Positions 59,892 through 64,000 of a stretch of DNA of 64,000 nucleotides are shown piece after piece. Positions within the stretch are counted from its first letter, which is position 1; every line of letters begins with the position of its first letter. The position numbers and the translations under genes were made by a program. The DNA comes from Hamiltosporidium tvaerminnensis FI-OER-3-3 (lineage: Eukaryota > Fungi > Microsporidia): assembly GCA_022605425.2 (NCBI GenBank), contig CM061250.1, positions 868,001 through 932,000 on the forward strand, written 5' to 3'. Below the pieces are notes generated by a model. The model was not told the DNA's origin. It did not search any database and saw only the letters and a list, made by a program, of their open reading frames with translations.

Positions 59892-62321
59892 TTAAAATTT
59901 ATGTCGATTGTAAACGATTTTTGGTTTTCTTAAATAATTTTGATCTTCTTTACGATTATTAAACAAAGGTTTTATTTCATTAGATATACAATAAAAATTG
60001 TTTGATGATTTGAACAAGATATCGGGTGTGATTTTTAAACAATTTATCATATATTGTTTCTTAGAAGTTATAATATCCAAATATATAATTAAATCAGGGG
60101 TTTCGGAATATAGAACACTCGAAGGGTGTATAAAATATTCGTTTTTATCATCTAGTGTAGTATAACTGAAATTAGATCGTTTACAAACGTTTCTAAAAAA
60201 ACCACAGGAAATCGAATAAATGATTAATTCATCTTTTCCATAGCATCTTTTAATCTTATCTGTCTTTTCGTAATCAAAATTATGATTTTTGTTAAATTTT
60301 AAAAATTGGTTTTTGATTTGATCAATCATCTTTTGGACATTTTTAAGGCTAAAATAATTAAGAAAATTGGTTTTACAAAATTCTCGAGAAAAATCAGTCA
60401 TGGCCCATTGTTTGTAAATTTTAAGGTAAGAAAAATGATCGCCTTTTTCATCACAGAAATTTTCTTTTACTTTTAAAAATATTGCAAAATTTTTATCGTT
60501 TTTTCTTATTTCTTCATATATATTTTGAACATTTAACATACAACAAATAATTAGAACTTCTTCAAAAACACCTAATAATTCACCAATAATCAAAATCTTA
60601 CTATATTTTATATTTAAAGGTATTTCTGCCATTTTATTTCCTGTATCTGTTAATTTTATCTGAGGTTCACCTTTTTTATATAAATCTCTACTATCCTGAT
60701 TCAATTCTTCAATACCATTCAACCAATATAATTCTTCTAATGCTTTAAATATTTTCTCATTTATTGGTTTATCAATCATTTCAAATTCAAAAATATTTCG
60801 AATACCTAACCATAATAATGAAATTATTACTTCTGAAAAATCACATCTAAGTGATTCTGGTATCGGCTCATCAAGAAATTCATTATATTCATTTTCGGTA
60901 TATAATCTATAAACAAATCCTTCTTTACATCTACCAACTCTACCAGAACGTTGAATAGCCTGAGCTTTTGATATTTTTACAGTTTCTAAAATATCACATT
61001 TATAATATTTTTTTTGTTTAAAAAACCCGCAATCAATAACATAAGTCAAATCCGGAATTGTAATTGATGTTTCAGCAATATTTGTACTCAGAATTATTTT
61101 TCTTCTATCGTATTTTTCAAACACATTTTGTTGATACTCTTTAGAAATTCCACTATAAAGTTTGAATATTATTGGTTGGGAATCTTTCTCCATAGCTATA
61201 TTATTTAATTCTGTATTTAGATATACAAAGACATCATCTATTTCGTTTTTACCAGTTAAAAATGCTAAAATATCACCATCCTTGGTATTCTTATGTATTT
61301 CAATGATAGTTTTAGCGGTTTCATTTATATGATTTTCACATGAATATTTTAAGAAATTTGTTTGAATTGGGAATCTTTGTGCAAAAATTTGAATTATTGG
61401 ACAGTCATTGAAAAATCTAGAAAATTTATAACTATTTAAAGTTGCGCTCATAATTATTAATTTTATTTTCGAAGATTGATTGTTTCTAAAATAACTGATT
61501 AATAAATCTATATTTAAAGATCTCTCGTGTGTTTCATCGAGAATTATTATATCATTTTCCAAAAATCTTTTATTTTTTATTTCTCTCAATAGAATACCCT
61601 CGGTAACAAATTTTATTCTTGTTTTTCTTGATGTAACATTTTTAAATCTTATTTTATAACCAACGAGTTCACCTAAATGTGTTTTCAATTGTTCAGATAC
61701 TGATTTGGCGACTGATATTGCTGCTATTCTTCTCGGTTGTGTACATACGATCTTATTATAATATGGCAATAGAAATTGAGGTAATTGTGTGGTTTTTCCA
61801 CACCCGGTTGATCCTTCTATTATTACAACCGAATTTCGTTTGATTGCATTTATTATTTCATATTTCTTTTCAAAAATTGGCAAATCGTTTTCTTTAGATG
61901 TTATTTCTTTTGTTTCGTTAGAAAATAATTGATTTTCGAATTTATTTATCGTAAATTCATCCGAAAAATCTTCATTTTTCCCGTTCAATTTTCGATAATT
62001 TAAATCCAAGTGCAAATATCTTTCTTTGATTTTTCTAATAAATAGTGGCAAATTATTATTTATTTTAATACTTGAGATATTGATAATGTTTCTATCATCA
62101 GTTAAAGATTTAATATTGTTTTTGTTGTTTATTATCTCACAATAGAAATTTTTAAGTTTAATAATCAATTCCATTTCTAATTTACTTTCAATTTCTGATA
62201 AATTATTATTTTCTAAAAGGTGTAAAATATATTCGGTTAAAGTTTTATCATCTACATTTAAATGTTCACGAATGAATTCACTTAACTTTATCAATCGATA
62301 TATTTTTTCAAATTCATCCAT
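59892..62321 (-). CDS. PRP22: Prp22/DHX8-like DEAH helicase (copy 2)
   Basis: Intact ORF, about 13 amino-acid differences from copy 1 by eye. Confidence 0.85.
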   Translation of the reverse strand: MDEFEKIYRLIKLSEFIREHLNVDDKTLTEYILHLLENNNLSEIESKLEMELIIKLKNFYCEIINNKNNIKSLTDDRNIINISSIKINNNLPLFIRKIKERYLHLDLNYRKLNGKNEDFSDEFTINKFENQLFSNETKEITSKENDLPIFEKKYEIINAIKRNSVVIIEGSTGCGKTTQLPQFLLPYYNKIVCTQPRRIAAISVAKSVSEQLKTHLGELVGYKIRFKNVTSRKTRIKFVTEGILLREIKNKRFLENDIIILDETHERSLNIDLLISYFRNNQSSKIKLIIMSATLNSYKFSRFFNDCPIIQIFAQRFPIQTNFLKYSCENHINETAKTIIEIHKNTKDGDILAFLTGKNEIDDVFVYLNTELNNIAMEKDSQPIIFKLYSGISKEYQQNVFEKYDRRKIILSTNIAETSITIPDLTYVIDCGFFKQKKYYKCDILETVKISKAQAIQRSGRVGRCKEGFVYRLYTENEYNEFLDEPIPESLRCDFSEVIISLLWLGIRNIFEFEMIDKPINEKIFKALEELYWLNGIEELNQDSRDLYKKGEPQIKLTDTGNKMAEIPLNIKYSKILIIGELLGVFEEVLIICCMLNVQNIYEEIRKNDKNFAIFLKVKENFCDEKGDHFSYLKIYKQWAMTDFSREFCKTNFLNYFSLKNVQKMIDQIKNQFLKFNKNHNFDYEKTDKIKRCYGKDELIIYSISCGFFRNVCKRSNFSYTTLDDKNEYFIHPSSVLYSETPDLIIYLDIITSKKQYMINCLKITPDILFKSSNNFYCISNEIKPLFNNRKEDQNYLRKPKIVYNRHKF

Positions 62322-63888
62322 CAATAAAGGGGTATTTAATATAATATTTCAATATATGTGAAAACAGTTACAGTTTGATTATGTTTCAAAGAATTCAAGA
62401 TACATTGAAGCAATTAGAAAATTTAAAACATATAATAAATCAATTAAACGTCTTCTTTGTTTACAAATCAAATCAATAATAAATTTAAATATTTTTATTT
62501 TCTGATTTAATTTATTTTGTATCATTTATAGAAATATCTATATGGAATATTCCTGGTATGGTTTTCTATTTATCTATTATGAAGATAATTGTTTCTTAAA
62601 AAAAGGAATTAAATTTTATTTAAGACTCTTGGTAGGTATATTTTAAGCTGTGAAACTCTCAAATTACTTATAAAGAAATATAGAAAATTAATTTTAAACA
62701 AAATATTTGTAAAATGTCGAATATTAAAAGACATAGTACATTTTAAAAAATCCTGGTAATAACCAAAACAGATTTCCGAGAAGAAGTAACATTTAGATGA
62801 TGGCAAGTTTACTTCTGTATATACTACATAAAATCAAGAAGGATGTGATTTTAGCTTTGTATAAATCTCTCAATTTAATATAGAAAACAAATATGTGGAA
62901 AATCGATGAAGCAGAATTCCAGAAATTTAAACTTAGTCTAATTTGTTTTATATCAAGCAAATGTCAATATTGTGATACAACATAAAATTAATTTCGAATC
63001 AAGAGACTTGAGAAACAATAACAAATTTACAAAGAATTTTAATGGTTTAAATCGAAGATTATATTTTTTATTGGTAAATAGATAATTCCTCAATATTTTA
63101 TAAACACAAACAACGTTATTCGGTTACACAAAAATATTCGAAAAAATATTAAGATATTGAAATTAAGATTAAGAAAATAATATTAATATTTTTCAAAATA
63201 AATATTTAAACTATTACAACCAAGTATTTGACCTAAATATAAAGAATTAGAAAGCTGTAAATCTCTTCAGGAGATTCGATACAGTATCTTTAATTCTAAA
63301 AATCAGTTATTATAACTTCTTAGGAAATTAACAGTCATATTTAATAAATAAAATTTTATCTCGTGTCTGTTAACTTCTAACATTAAAGATTTAGTATTTC
63401 AAAATATATTTTTAAAAACCCGTAAGTTCTATTTAACTAGAAGCAAAATCTATCAGTAATATCGAAGAAGACAGTAAAATCTTTATTTTTTTCAGTCCGA
63501 GATCCGAGATTTAAGAAAATACATAAAGCACTTTGGAAGGATATATCGAAACTATATAATAAACTCCTCTAATAGAAGTACAATTTATTTCTGCACAAAC
63601 TTATCTAAATTAAGAATGTTATGAAGGATCGAAAATTTAAAAAAATAACACATTATGGTAATAATATTGCTCTTTTTAGGATTTAACTGAATAATAAATA
63701 AAAATAAAATATAAATCAATTCGAATAAAAAAAAACGACCAAGATATATACAGACTTTTAAATTACACTGTCTAATGGTATTTTAATACTTTTTTTATTG
63801 ATATATGAACTGAAAATTTTAATATTTTTTTTTACTTTAAACCGTTTTTAAAAATAAACTATAATTTACAAAATTTTATCGAAATTTT

Positions 63889-64000
63889 TTATTCAAAAAC
63901 TACCCGGAAAAAATCTTCTTTTCCCGTTCCATCTAAACTCGATACACAAGCACATTTTACATTTTTATAAAACTCTTCGAAATAGAGACACATAGATGAA
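63889..64000 (-). CDS. GPN1: GPN1 3' end (copy 2, partial at window edge)
   Basis: Reverse complement of 30392-30503 (..MCLYFEEFYKNVKCACVSSLDGTGKEDFFRVVFE*). Confidence 0.85.
   Translation of the reverse strand, partial: SSMCLYFEEFYKNVKCACVSSLDGTGKEDFFRVVFE

Larger units (their letters stand above)
56043..64000 (-). repeat. Right arm of the inverted segmental duplication (runs off the window)
   Basis: Reverse complement of 30392-38499, including genes, the RTE-like SINE, the minisatellite and the 730-bp element. Confidence 0.95.

Overview
Very AT-rich, gene-sparse eukaryotic DNA with no introns apparent in the genes read. It looks microsporidian and Hamiltosporidium-like: almost every real gene has a CCC (once GGG) motif just upstream of its ATG. 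The organism is inferred, not proven. Genes: DNA ligase I, cytosolic GluRS, a lineage-type LRR protein, an exosome RNase PH subunit, GPN1 GTPase, Prp22-like DEAH helicase, V-ATPase subunit C, a tandem nucleoplasmin-like protein, Gpi1/PIG-Q, a secreted GH37 trehalase and two small hypothetical ORFs. A block of at least 8 kb (GPN1 3' end, Prp22, V-ATPase C) recurs in inverted orientation at the right end of the window, and the inner end of each arm abuts a hAT-type MITE terminus. Intergenic DNA is dominated by mobile elements. These are about 10 copies of a nearly always full-length, ~730-bp non-coding element (12-18 bp target-site duplications readable in several copies), five 3' fragments of an R4/Dong-like REL-endonuclease LINE, two hAT MITEs and a ~230-bp RTE-derived SINE-like element. 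No rRNA, tRNA or CRISPR array was found.
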